Assembly: GCA_964016885.1 (NCBI GenBank)
Contig: OZ024745.1
Location: 117,490,001 to 117,554,000 of the forward strand
Direction: 5' to 3'
Length of the DNA: 64,000 bases
Source: Eledone cirrhosa
Lineage: Eukaryota
Shown here: positions 39,903 through 53,335 of the stretch, piece after piece
How the letters are laid out: each line of letters starts with the position of its first letter
Numbering within the stretch: the first letter of the stretch is position 1
Translations under genes and position numbers: made by a program
The notes under the pieces: generated by a model
Database searches by the model: none
Told to the model about the DNA's origin: nothing
The model's input: only the letters and a program-made list of their open reading frames with translations

Positions 39903-40676
39903 TATATATATATATATATAAATGATGTTACATGTCTAGAACTGTTTCATTCATATGAAATCATCTAGTCCTGTAGAAATCATTTCTATATAAAATAAAT
40001 ATGCCTATACTCTACTAACATATTGAGTAACTTTGTTGGCTGCTGTCACATCTCAATACCCATCAGGAATCCACCCATAATTATATATATCATCATCCCC
40101 ATTTAATGTCCATTTTTCCATGCTAGCATGGTTTGGATGAGTTGTCCCTTGCTCACACAGAACTGATTTTAGCTTTGTTACTATGGCTGGATGCTCTTCC
40201 TATTACCAACCACACTTACAGTGTGTACTGGGTGCTTTTTGTTGTGACATCTACCTGACCACTTAACAGTATGGGCTGGGTACTTTTTGTCATGTCCCCA
40301 AAACATCTTTACAGTGTGGACTGGGGGCTGGAGATTTGAGAGGTAGATCTAAGGTGAAGTGTTAGGACATGGAAGGGGGAAAGAGGGGAAGGTAGTGCAT
40401 GTTAGATGTATGCTTCAATACGTGCACATGTGATGGTGGGTCTTCTGTATTATACATTTATTTTTCCGTTTTGTCTCAATGCAGAGTTTTAATAGATTAT
40501 ATAGAATTATAAATCTCTGAAAGAATAGTTAAATTATTAACCTTGTGCATTTAGAAATTATATAAATTATGACCAGACATAATCCCGTTTCATGTATATA
40601 TATATATGCTATTTAAAATCTCATTATATATTTTCCATTTGTGAAATGATGTATTTTGATTTGTAAAAAATTATAG

Positions 40677-40732
40677 GGGATTCTTCAACGCTGTCGCGTC
40701 GAGCCACGTCACTTTCCAACGTTCCTTTAAAG
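40677..40732 (+). CDS. IRAG/LRMP: IRAG/LRMP exon (G-DSSTLSRRATSLSNVPLK)
   Basis: ttatag acceptor, AAG|gtaggt donor, CpG-containing patch in AT-rich intron, phase 1 start fits exon 32528. Confidence 0.75.
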
Positions 40733-41212
40733 GTAGGTATTTATCTAAGAATTTCCTTTTCAGCAAGACAAACTACTGTCACCATTGCTAAATTTTGATG
40801 AATTACATCAAATGCTATTGAGGTTTGCTGTACTTATATTAGATAAAAACTATATCAAAATAACCCTTCTCGCTCACTATGCTATATACACTCTCTCTAA
40901 ATCTGATAACTTCTACAGTCATTTCAACCTGTCACAGCAAACTGTTTTGTCAGTGTTATAGAGCTCATCTCTATCCTAAGTCCTCTACATGTATCCACCT
41001 CCAACTTATGAAAACACAAAGCAGTGTGTTCCATCACTACAGATGGCAACCATTCTTATCCCCTTAATTACCTACCTATTGCCTGCCACTCTTTCATCAT
41101 TTCTAAGTAGATGGTGCAATTGTGAAAAACTTTATCAACTTTAATCTCTTTTCTTCCTAAGTGACTACTAATACAGTTTCCATATATATATTTACATACA
41201 TATATATATAAC

Positions 41213-41248
<36 letters not shown>

Positions 41249-41269
41249 AATTCACATGCATACATAATC

Positions 41270-41677
41270 ACTGTTTAACATCCATTTTTCTACACAAGCA
41301 TGGGTTAGATGAGTTGTCCCATTGTGAGACAAGTCTGACCAGCTGACCGTGTCTTGCTCATACAGAACTGTTTCTGGCTTGGTTTCTACTGCTGGATGCC
41401 CTTCCTAATACCAACCACATTTACAGTGTGAACCCGGGTGCATTTTGTTTTGACACCAACTCAACCACTTTACAGTGTGGACTGGCCGCTTTTTATCGTG
41501 GCACCAAAACGACCACTTTACAGTGTCGACCAGGTGCTTTCTGTTGTGACACCATCTCAACCACTTTACAGTGTGGACTGGGTGCTTTTTGTTGTGACAC
41601 CAACCAACACAACCACTTCACAGTGTGGACTGGATGCTTTTTGTTGTGACACCAACACAATCACTTTACAGTGTGGG
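41270..41677 (-). mobile_element. RTE 3' UTR fragment with about six tandem units
   Basis: Repeated ACCACTTTACAGTGTGG after GGATGCCCTTCCTAA. Confidence 0.8.
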
Positions 41678-41834
41678 ATAACAAATGGCAGACGGTATTA
41701 ATTTACACTTTTATATACCACGTATCCAATTCACGTAAATGCTTTGAGTGTAATACCAATTTCAGCACTCAAAACATTTACATGAATTAGATATTAGGTT
41801 TATAAAAGTGGAAATACCATCTGCCATTTCTTAT
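41678..41834. repeat. Long imperfect inverted repeat
   Basis: AAATGGCAGACGGTATT..AATTCACGTAAATGCTTTGAGTG pairs with CACTCAAAACATTTACATGAATT..AATACCATCTGCCATTT; 15-nt loop. Confidence 0.85.
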
Positions 41835-42073
41835 TGATATACGTTGCAGTGTGTTTATATCGAGAATGAGAGGTCAAAATTCCAATTCTTCATATTTTAT
41901 TCGTCATCATGAGTAACATGGTTTTTTTGCAAATGAACAGCTCAGTTTGGTAAGATGTAACTCCAATCTGCTTTGATTAGCTCATCAGGTGTTCATTTGT
42001 GAAATATACGTTTTGTGTGATTACAAATAAGATATGATGAATTGAAACTTCGACCTCATATTCTTGATATATA

Positions 42074-42148
<75 letters not shown>

Positions 42149-42511
42149 CCCACTGGGAGTGAGAGACACCTTAGTTCTTGTTAGGACATTATTCTGGGAG
42201 AAGGAAAACTCTGATGTAAAACCTGCCACTCAGTGGTAGCCAATTATGTTGACTTATCGCCATTGTTCAGAGTGTGGGATTGGTCCAGTGCAAGGCCTTT
42301 CTACACTTAGAAAAACCTTCAGCCACAGGCATCATTTGATCTAAATGACTTCTACATGTTTTCCATGACCATGGTCTTTTCTTTTTAATTTCACTGCAAC
42401 ATATGCTGAAGGAAATCTAAGTCTAAAACAACATTATGTTCAAGCCACCTATGTATGAGTAAAAGGTGAAGAGATGGAAATTCTCAAAACCAAGATGCAG
42501 CCAATATATAC

Positions 42512-43323
<812 letters not shown>

Positions 43324-43384
43324 CTATGTTTTTTAATTTGTTTTGCAAGATTTCTTATCTGAAAATGTGTGTTGAAACATATAT

Positions 43385-43720
43385 TGTTATACTTTGGGAG
43401 GGTCATGCTGCCAATAAAAACACACGCACCTGTTGGTTTTCCCTTCAATTATTATAAATTTCTGGTTGGTTGGTTCAACCATCTTGTTTTTGTATGTTAC
43501 AACTCACAAAAACAAGATGGTGTAGGACAGAACAAAGGAGGGACACAAAATAAGAAACCAGTCACTGAGGAGGTCACAGAATGTGTGACGAAAGAGCTTT
43601 GACAATATATAAACAACCATCTGGTTATTGAATCAACCAACTGGAAATTTATATAAATTGCAGTGAAAATCAACAGGTGCATGTGTTTTTATTGGCAGCA
43701 TGACCCTCCCAAAGTATAGC
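43385..43720. mobile_element. Fold-back element with about 95-bp inverted arms and an internal hammerhead
   Basis: TATACTTTGGGAGGGTCATGCTGCCAATAAAAACAC..CACCTGTTG is mirrored at 43672-43718. Confidence 0.8.
43561..43603 (+). ncRNA. Minimal hammerhead ribozyme, Penelope-like
   Basis: GTCA-CTGAGGA-G-GTCACA[GAATG]TGTGAC-GAAA-GAGC-TT-TGAC. Confidence 0.65.
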
Positions 43721-45294
43721 TATATATATATATGCATATGCATATACACACACATTTTCAATGCGTAATTTCTTTCCCCATTCATATATCTATTTGGCAA
43801 TTCAAATCTCACCTACTTTCTGTGTACATATGCTTTGTTGAGGAGATCTAATATGATTGAAACATATCTGTTGCTTTCACCAATTTTCCCTTGCTTGCTT
43901 CTTATCTGAACATGTATAACCAGAAGATCTGATCTTGAAAGGATAGTCTCAGTTAATTGAAGTTTTTCTCCCACTCGCTAAATTCAAACTGTAAGACTAC
44001 ACGTGTGTGTGTATGTGTGTATGTCCATGAAAACTTTGGCAAAAATGCTGCTGTTGATTTCAACATCGACAAAGAACATGTCTAGTATAAGAATGCTCTG
44101 GTAAAGTTACCCAGTTATAGGCCCTCTCAGAATTGCTCTCTGACACACACATTCTATATTTTCTATTTTACTTCTCTATAACTAGTAGAACAGTTCCTGC
44201 TACTTTGAAATAACAAGCAGTGTACCTCCTTCTTCATCAATCTTTCATTATCCTTACGGCATCCCACCCCTCTAACCATACTAAACACTTTGATGAAGCC
44301 TTTATCTCAATAATTGTATCTACCTAGAACCCCCTTTCTGCTGCATTTACCCAAATTTTGGTCTCACTGCAGAAATTTAAACTGGACTTCAGCCATATCA
44401 CCTCACATGTTTCAGAGGGTTTGAAAAAGCTATAAGCACTACTCTTCTTGGACTAAAATATAAAAAGCAAAAGAGGAAGGTTTTCATTCATTCTTTTACA
44501 ACCATTTTGCTACTCTCTTTGGTAATTTAGAATGCAATGGCAGGGGAGATATAGAACAGTAGAGTACTTTGTGGTATTTAATCATGTACTCATGTACTCC
44601 ATCAGAGTTGACTTTGCTTTTCATCTCTCCAGAGTTCATAGAATACGTACCAGTACTATACCACACTAACTCTCTTATCTTCTCTACAAGTCTGTAACCT
44701 TGTGCCAAAGTTAGAAAGTATTATTTTTAATGTGAAGTACTTCTTAAACATTATTTTAGTTATGTGTAACTACTTTTCTTCTCCAGCTCATACTTCACCT
44801 ACTAAAAATTGACTTATTCTTGTTAGTCTTTTTTAGTTTCACTAACACTCTTCTGAAAGTTTCCCTTGTGATTTGTTCATTATCTAATGTTTGTTGTATT
44901 TATTCTTCCTTCCTTCCTTTCTTTCTTAAAATGATATCTACTAACAATAGAAATTGAATTTTCTAATAGTGTATACTGTTTAGAAATATCAGATATGTAT
45001 CATTATCTTACCTTGATTTCATACAAACTCCAGTCTCTCAGTGTTTGTTTCATTACTAAAATCCTATTTCTAATTTTCATTTCTGTTAGATGATTTTCTT
45101 AGTAGTTTATATTATATAATGTTTGTATGCAGACATATACACATGTTCCTACTGAAAATAGCTTGAAATATTTGTTAAATGCATCACTTGTATAAATTGC
45201 TTCTTGTCTAATGCTACGAATGTCTTTAAAATCTAATTTCAAATGAATATCGTTTTATTTATTCCTTTACACTTTTGATTTTGTACACTCTCAG

Positions 45295-45363
45295 AACACT
45301 CACCGTTTCAAAGCATTAACAGCTACAAGTATTGCGATGGCATCTGCTGCCAAAATGATGGAG
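45295..45363 (+). CDS. IRAG/LRMP: Probable further exon (NTHRFKALTATSIAMASAAKMME)
   Basis: Pyrimidine tract plus ctcag acceptor, GAG|gtatat donor, 69 nt open, phase 0-0; no homology recognised. Confidence 0.55.
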
Positions 45364-46296
45364 GTATATTTCTGAACATCATCTCTAGTTGTGTTAATAC
45401 AGCCTTAGACTGTCTGCTAGCTTTGTGATCAGACATTTCATGTGCAGATGTAGATATTAGCTGCACCTGTCTTGACCACATCTTATGCATGTAACAAGGA
45501 TGGAGCATGCCTGCATAGCAGATTCCAAAGTTTATCTTATTTATTCCATTATAACATTCGCATGCATTTGAGTGGCAAAAAAGTTTGCCATTTTATCATT
45601 TTCTAGAACTCCTCCTCTCTTGACACTTCTCCCATCACTTTAAATAAACATAATATTACAACCACTATCATTTTAAGTTAATATTAGGATAATATATTAA
45701 AAAATAAATACTCCTATTTTTTATATACAAGTATTTCACAATGTTAATAAGATATAGCCTTTAAAATATTCCATTTTTCTTATAAACAAAGCTAAACATT
45801 TCTTTTTGTTTAATTTCTTTTATTTATTTATTCAGTCATTTATTTTCACTTATTCTATTTATAATCAATGTAAAAAAATATTTCCAAGCATTACAATAAG
45901 GTTTGTAGTCTCTCAGTTGAAGGTTAAAGCTGTTGGCATATTAAATCCTCATGTGTGTATATCCAATATGCACATTTGCATGTGCACTCACTCACATAGA
46001 TAATAGTATTTTTTTATATATAATTATATATTTGTTCCTGAGAAATTATATAGTTAAAAAGTGAAGTATATTTAAAGATTACTTTTTCTTTAATCCGACA
46101 TTGTTGCATTAAACTGGTTTTGATTGGTGTGACAATCTTATTAAATATGAAATATGAAATATTAAATAATTAAAGATTATTATGCTAATCAAAACCAATT
46201 ATATTTGCAACAATTTCACTTTCACTTTTTAACTATAACGTTTGTTTTGTATGGAACTTTACCCCCTTTTTCAATTATATATATATATACACACAC

Positions 46297-46339
<43 letters not shown>

Positions 46340-46596
46340 TATATATATATATATATATATATATAGTTAAAGTAATTTTCTTTTAGTCAAAGTTTTTTTT
46401 AGAACATTTTCATTTTCACTTAAAAAATAGATTTACATGTATAGATATGTACACAGACACATATGTGTGTGTGTGTATGAGTGTGTGTTTGCTTTTGAGT
46501 TCTTAGTTCAGTGTAAATTTTCCACCTTATAAAATTTTTCCAGCTTTTAAGAGTTAAAATTTTCTTTCTTTCTCCACTGAATGTTCTTTTATTGTC

Positions 46597-46824
46597 TTAA
46601 TCCTTTAGCATTTAAACCGGCTGTATCCGGTCAGAATTATCTCATCTCTTTCTGTTCAAACTGTCTGTAACCAGCCACTCATGCTTATGTTAAAGTATTG
46701 TTCTCAAAATAAATAATATCAAAAACTCATAGATTTGATATTATGTGAGATATGTAAGATAAAGCCTTTACCACAAAAATACAATAGTATATATATAGAG
46801 TAATGTAAATGCTAAAGGGTTAAA
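46597..46824 (+). mobile_element. piggyBac-like MITE
   Basis: TTAA-TCCTTTAGCATTTA ... TAAATGCTAAAGGG-TTAA. Confidence 0.85.
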
Positions 46825-47402
46825 CTAAAAAATAAGTATGTTTTCAGTTTTTCATCTTGTCTCATATATTTCTGAATATCACATAGAATAGTAAATAATT
46901 AGTAGTTTGAACGACATATTAAATTCATAAAGGTTTTACCTAATTATACAAATGTAGTTTCTTAAAATTTTGCTGGGAAAAGTTTTGTTTGTATTTTTAT
47001 GACAAAAAACAAGACAATATTCTTAGATACTCAACACACAAACATTTATATATATACAGAGAGGTTCAAATAACTTTATCTTCTACATATATCATATTTT
47101 CATTAAAAGTAAGAACAAAAATGTGTGTGCATGTTTGTAACAGTTTCTATTATCACATTTTAAACCTGCTCTGCCTCTGCCAGGTTTAAAATGCCCAGGA
47201 CACATCATATGATAATATGGCACACCCATAACTCCATCAGGAGTTACAGATTAATACATACCTATAGGGGATAGCTTTTCTTTCAAATATACTTTATTGA
47301 AGACAGCTGTGTTCAGTTTTAATCATTGCTATTATCTATTTCACTGTTACGTTGTATTTCACTTTAGATTTATTATTAGTTAATTAGATAATTAGTTCAT
47401 TA

Positions 47403-47887
47403 CCGTATATGCCGGTGTACAAATCGACATTTGGAGCCTAAAAATATCTCTCCAAAACAAAGTGTCGACTTGTCCACCGAATATAAAATGTGAACCTTTA
47501 CCACTGAGAGGTAAACAGTAAAACTGCCTGTCTAACACTCATTATATACCACTTACCATAACTCTAGCAGCGCACTACAATTATTTCCTATTGAATCTCA
47601 TATTTGTTAAGTCTATTTAACGTAGAAATTATAATAATATCAATGACTTTCCGTAGCTCATAGGGTAGGTTAACATAGTTTCGTTAAGGTTAGGCTAGGC
47701 TAGTTTACTCAGTGAGTGCTAACTCACTTGTGACTGAAGTGTTTTAGAAAAAGTGTCTTAGCCTTAGATACTGCCTTCTTTTTGGGGGTCATCTTTTCCG
47801 GCGAATATAGGCCTAAACCTGAATTATACCTCAGAATTTTGGGGGTCAGCCTATGCTCCAGATCGACTTGTATGTCGACATATACAG
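47403..47887. mobile_element. Tigger/pogo-like MITE
   Basis: TA-CCGTATATGCCGGTGTACAAATCGA ... TCGACTTGTATGTCGACATATACAG-TA; related end at 36700-36731. Confidence 0.7.
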
Positions 47888-48054
47888 TAATTGATTTTTT
47901 TATCAAAGTTCTTTAATCACAGTCTGTGGCTTTTTCAGAAGTGACTTGCCTCTGTGCCAGTACTCACTCCATGTTCTGTATCTCAGAATCTATTTTATTA
48001 TGTCTCATTTTTTGGAATAGATATTTGCTTACTCTCTCTCTCTCTCTCTCTCTC

Positions 48055-48111
<57 letters not shown>

Positions 48112-48329
48112 TATGCAAGGCTTGATTAAGCAAATTAATCATACACTTAGAGTATGAAGAGAAGAGGGACGCCATTTTATTCAAATTAAAAGTATTTGTC
48201 TTTCCAAAAGAAATGTTTTTGCAGACTTTATATATGGAGAGGCACCATAAACTCAAAATGACTTAATTCAGCCCCAGCTGTGTGAGAGAGATAGAGTCAT
48301 AGTTTTGTTTCTGTTGGACATACATATCC

Positions 48330-49503
48330 AGGGTGTAGGAAAATGGCTTGTGAGAGCAGTGCAAGTCATGTACAAATGAGCAGTCAGTAAAGTGAGAATA
48401 GTGAGTGAGTTTAGTGAGCAATTCATGGTACAAGTAGGTGTACGTCAGGCTTCAGTCTTCAACCCTCATCTGTTTATCATAGTCCTCCTGGTCATAAAGT
48501 ATTTTATGACTGGCTGTTCATGGGAATTTCTGCATGTTGATAATCTGGTTCCCATTGCTGAATCTCTGGAAGAACTAGAGAATAAATTCCAGCTGTGAAA
48601 ACAGAACTTAGAATCAAAGGGGCTGAGAGTAAACTTAGCAAAAACCCAAATGTGCATAAACAGGAAGAAAATGGTGCCTTGAACCCATCAGGAGGTACTT
48701 GAAATATAGAAAAGAGTAGGTATGAATTCTATACAATTTACATAATTGAAATGTTGGATGTACTAAAGGTGTAGTGGGATAGGAGACAGACTAACAGGAC
48801 AGGAGGACTTTGTATGCAGTAGATGTTCAGGGACAATTCATAGTAAGAGTGCTAGTGATATAAACTTATCCCAATCACGGATAGTATCCATAGAAGGGGC
48901 TGATAGCTTCTGCTAATTATGTTATATAATTAGCAGTGGAGGAGGGTGCTCGGAAAGCATAGTAGCTAGAATAAGGACAGGATGGAAGTTTAGGGAACTG
49001 CTACTCCTGCTAACAACAAAAGGTTTCTCCCTACAAACAAAAGGTCAGTTGTATGATGCCTGTGTGCAAAGTGCAATACTGCATGGTAGTGAGTGTAGAG
49101 GATATCCGACAGCTGGAAAGAAATGAAGTAAGCATACTTCAATGGATGTACAATATTAATGTGTGTGAATGACAAAGCATGGGTGAATTGAGAGAGAAAC
49201 TAGGTATAAGAGAAATCAGATGTAGTGTGCAAGAGAGAAGACTGCACTGGTATGGACATGTGATGCACATAGATGATGATAGCTGGGTGAAGAAATGCCA
49301 AAAAATCCAAATGGGGGGGGGGGGAAGTTACTGTAGAGGAAGACCAAGACCTGGGTAGAAGTGATGGGAGCTTATCTCAAATTGCTAAAGTTCACAGCAG
49401 AGATAGCAAAGAAACGTGATGAGGGGATAGATGCTGTGCTGAAACAAAAAACTGTTTAGTCCATGCTAGCATGTAACAGTAAATGTAAAATGATGATGAT
49501 GAT
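48330..49503 (+). mobile_element. Decayed RTE LINE
   Basis: VGVRQASVFNPHLF, HVDNL (degenerate YADD), WYGHVM, (TGA)n tail. Confidence 0.88.
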
Positions 49504-49880
49504 ATGTGTTTGTGTATGTTATTGCTGTCATAGCTTTCCTTGCATTTCTCTACTGTCAAAAGGTTTGTGGCTTGTCAGTTGGTTTTATATCTGTTTCTCA
49601 CTGATATTTACCTATACTTATCTTCACACACACACACACACACACTTCCATATATACATACACATATATACTTACATCTACATACTCATGTATACACACA
49701 TACATAAATACCCACATATATGTATATATAATAGGTTAGTCAGTGATTTTGTATTGTCACAGAATATGTTGCCTTAATCCAGAGCTAAACTATTTTACAG
49801 ATTTAGAAAAATTTTAGATGAAAGGAAACTTAGAATTAAATCAAAACAAGGCAGATCCTAGTTGGGTTTACTAATCAGAC

Positions 49881-50264
49881 CAGTGGTTACCAAACTTTTT
49901 TTTCTCTGAGCCGCAATTTTTGGAATGAAAATTTGCTCACGACTCACCAAATTTTATGTGATAAGTACATTTAAAAATTAGATAAACAACTAATAGTGCA
50001 TTAAATATAACATATATAACTTATAATATGATTCAAGTACACAAAATTAATGAAAAGTACAAGCTTGTTTTTGACAAATAATCTCCTTTATATTAAGCCT
50101 AATTTGAGATAAACTCTCATCTCTTCATCAACACTAAGAAGTTTTTCCCTTTTTTGGTTTCTGATATTTGTTTCTAAATCTTTGATTCTTTCAATCATTC
50201 CACCTCACCTACTATCCCCTTCCACCGCACCTCTGAGGCGGGTCACACTGTTTGGGAACCACTG
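49881..50264. mobile_element. hAT-type MITE
   Basis: CAGTGGTTACCAAAC / GTTTGGGAACCACTG TIRs; TSD diverged. Confidence 0.7.
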
Positions 50265-50558
50265 AGTTAGATATACTCATTCAAGAAAAGATCCCATGTG
50301 CCAATAACAACTGCAATGTCAGCAAAACAAACTGGCAAGCAAAATGTAAAATAGAAATGTAATATGCCATATGAAATGTATGGAAGGACAATGTAAGAAG
50401 ACCACCATAACTTAAATAGGGGGAATAGTCCACAATATAGGTGAAAAAGTAGAAACAGATTAGAATGAGCAAAAGGAAATGATACCAGCATGCCAAAGGT
50501 AAACATAGAAGTTTAATAGGCAACAACAGGTTTAACACTTGATGTAGTAGGAAAAGAG

Positions 50559-50594
50559 TCTTAATGTCTTGGGTGTTAGTCCTTCATCAGAAGA
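50559..50594 (-). ncRNA. Degenerate hammerhead, same family as 33339
   Basis: Minus strand TCTT-CTGATGAAGGACTAACACCCAAGACATT-AAGA; GAAA core lost; flanks align with 33308-33378. Confidence 0.5.
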
Positions 50595-51109
50595 TAGAAG
50601 GAGAAAGAGAAGAGAGAAGAAAGGAAGAAATCGGTGAAAAAAATTAAAACAGAAGGAAAATGTGTGTAGTTAATCAGCTATTTGTCTATAGGTGTATATA
50701 TATTTGTAGGTATGTATGCAGTAGATATATATGTGTGTGTGTGTGTGTATGAATATTAATGAGTAACAGCTATCAGACATCATGGTGCTCTTTAATGGAA
50801 TGGTCCTTTATCTAATATTGTGTTATGACTATACTGTCTGACATAGATCACATCAGTCACTCAAGTTTTGTTAACTCATTATCGAAAGGAAACATTTTCC
50901 ATTTGAGAAGACAACATTGTCTTGATGCCAAACTTTTTGTCAAAAAATGAGCAAAAATTTCCTTGAATAATTAAAGTATTTACCAAAATATTTTACTCAA
51001 AGAATTACTAAAATATTGGTACCTTTGTATCTCAAGCTCCCTGTAAGATAGTTTGTTTGTTTGTTTGTTTGTTTGTTTTCCTGAAAAACAGAACTAATCC
51101 TCAAGCATA

Positions 51110-52690
51110 AGCACAAAACTTTACATAGATGAAGCACTTACAATATACAACATGGACAAATTCAGAAAAAAACTTAATGAACACAAAGCTGAAGATAGTA
51201 AATTTCCTAGATGCAACACTAAACCTAAATACTTGGAAACACCACCCATACAGTAAACCAAACAAAAAATTATATATAAGTAGGAGATTCAATCACCTGC
51301 CCATCATCATAGAGTATTTTACTGGCAGCATTAGTAAAGGCACATGGCTTAATGGTTAGAGATTCGGTCTTACAATCCTGTGGTTGTGAGTTTGATTCTT
51401 GAACCGGCTTTGCATTGTGTTCTTGAGCAAAACATTTTATTTCACGTTGCTCCAGTTCACTCAGCTGTAGAAATGAGTTTGCCCAGCTATGGGTTAAATA
51501 GCCTCACCAACCGGCAATTTGGTCAAGCATAGTGAGTACACTTATACCCCTGACATGGCCAAAACCAAAAAAATAGTGAAGTTCAATCAGGGAGGGGTTC
51601 CTCCGGTAGGAATGAAAAAAAGGCCCTGGATTGATTGAATATTAGTAAATGCAGCATATATAAATGATTGTCAAACAAAAGTATTCAACAAAGCAACTCC
51701 ATACTTCAGTAAAGCCCTTGCTAGCAGTTGTTTGTATACTAAGTTGAAATTCCTTGAGCAACCCACAATAAATAACACCAAATGTAAGAATAGAAAAATT
51801 ACCTGGTTTGATCCACCCCATAGTTTATATCGGCAAGTACAGATATGATCTTCCCTAAACTAATCATATGCATTTCATTATGTACTTCAAACATATGTTA
51901 CAAGATCTTTAACAAAAATTCTGTTTAGGCTAGTTATAATTGTATGGGTAATATGATTGTTAATCACTAATCACAACTAAAAATCTATAAACACCAGACA
52001 AACATACAAACCTAGATATATTGTAGAAACACGGCTAGGTGCCCACTGAGTGAAATATGTCTGTCAGAAGAAATAGTATACGGAGAGATATAGAATCAGA
52101 AGACCATACAGAGAAAATGTATATTGGATTAACCAAAAGACATTTAACCCTTTAGCATTTATACTGCTCTATATTTACTATTGTATTTTCACGGTAAACA
52201 TTTTATTTCACATAATTATCTCATATAATATTGAATCTACAAGATTTTGATATTATGTATTTTGAGAACAGCACCTTAACATAAGTATGAGTAGCCAGTT
52301 TGAAGAGAAAGAGGTGAAATAATTTTGCTCACATAAGGCCGGTTTAAATGCTAAAGGGTTAAATTAAGATTCACATCATGTATCCATTTCTTTGGGTCTA
52401 GAAATAAGTGTAATAAATGTAAGATCTCTTGTGATAAATATTTGGTCTTTGAAAGACAGAAGAGAAAACAACCTCATGCTAAAATGAGTTTCAAAGTGTT
52501 TCAAAGACATACAACAGTCCTTGTAGTTGCTATCATCATTGTGCAACTGAAAAACTGAACATCTTTATTCTATTTGGATGTATCTTGAACACAAGAGATG
52601 AAACTTTCTCTTCACAATTTCACATAAAGAAATTTAAACTCCAAGCCTTCAAGAATATTTCTGTACCAACAAAGTTTGAACTGCAAATTA
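51110..52690 (+). mobile_element. Decayed Penelope-like element (RT C-terminus plus GIY-YIG), interrupted by a SINE and a MITE
   Basis: IVNFLDATLNLNTWKHHPYSKPN..NHLPIII; RKITWFDPP; CRNTARCPLSEICLSEEIVY..MYIGLT. Confidence 0.8.
52144..52362 (-). mobile_element. piggyBac-like MITE inside the Penelope endonuclease region
   Basis: Perfect TTAACCCTTTAGCATTTA / TAAATGCTAAAGGGTTAA ends. Confidence 0.9.
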
Positions 52691-52692
52691 GC

Positions 52693-53335
52693 TGATCCCT
52701 AACTCCACAGACAACTGACAGTAATATAAGACTTGATCCCTACTCCACAAACAACTGACAGTGTAACATAAGACTTGATCCCTAACTCCACAGGCAACTG
52801 ACAGAGTAACATAAGACTTGATCCTTAACTCCACAGACAACTGACAGAGTAACATAAGACTTGATCCCTAACTCCACAGACAACTGACAGAGTAACATAA
52901 GACTTGATCCTTAACTCCACAGACAACTGACAGAGTAACATAAGACTTGATCCCTAACTCCACAGACAACTGACAGTAATATAAGACTTGATCCCTAACT
53001 CCACAGACAACTGACAGAGTAACATAAGATTTGATCCCTAACTCCACAGACAACTGACAGAGTAACATAAGACTTGATCCCTAACTCCACAGACAACTGA
53101 CAGAGTAACATAAGACTTGATCCCTAACTCCACAGACAACTGACAGAGTAACATAAGATTTGATCCCTAACTCCACAGACAACTGACAGTGTAACATAAG
53201 ACTTGATCCCTAACTCCACAGACAACTGACAGTGTAACATAAGACTTGATCCCTAACTCCACAGACAACTGACAGAGTAACATAAGACTTGATCCCTAAC
53301 TCCACAGACAACTGACAGTGTAACATAAGACTTGT
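52693..53335. repeat. 43-bp minisatellite, about 15 units
   Basis: TGATCCCTAACTCCACAGACAACTGACAGAGTAACATAAGACT repeated head to tail without spacers. Confidence 0.97.

Noticed and set aside
41415-41677. Repeat-spacer appearance of CACTTTACAGTGTG units
   Set aside because: Intervening sequences are homologous to each other; degenerate tandem repeat of an RTE 3' UTR
41960-41992. Minus-strand CTGATGA-GCT..AGC hairpin
   Set aside because: Followed by AGAT instead of GAAA; hammerhead core incomplete
42147-42380. RTE 5' UTR-like piece that might hold an HDV-like ribozyme
   Set aside because: I could not trace the nested double-pseudoknot pairings by eye
52693-53335. CRISPR-like array
   Set aside because: Units are contiguous with no unique spacers, no cas genes, eukaryotic context
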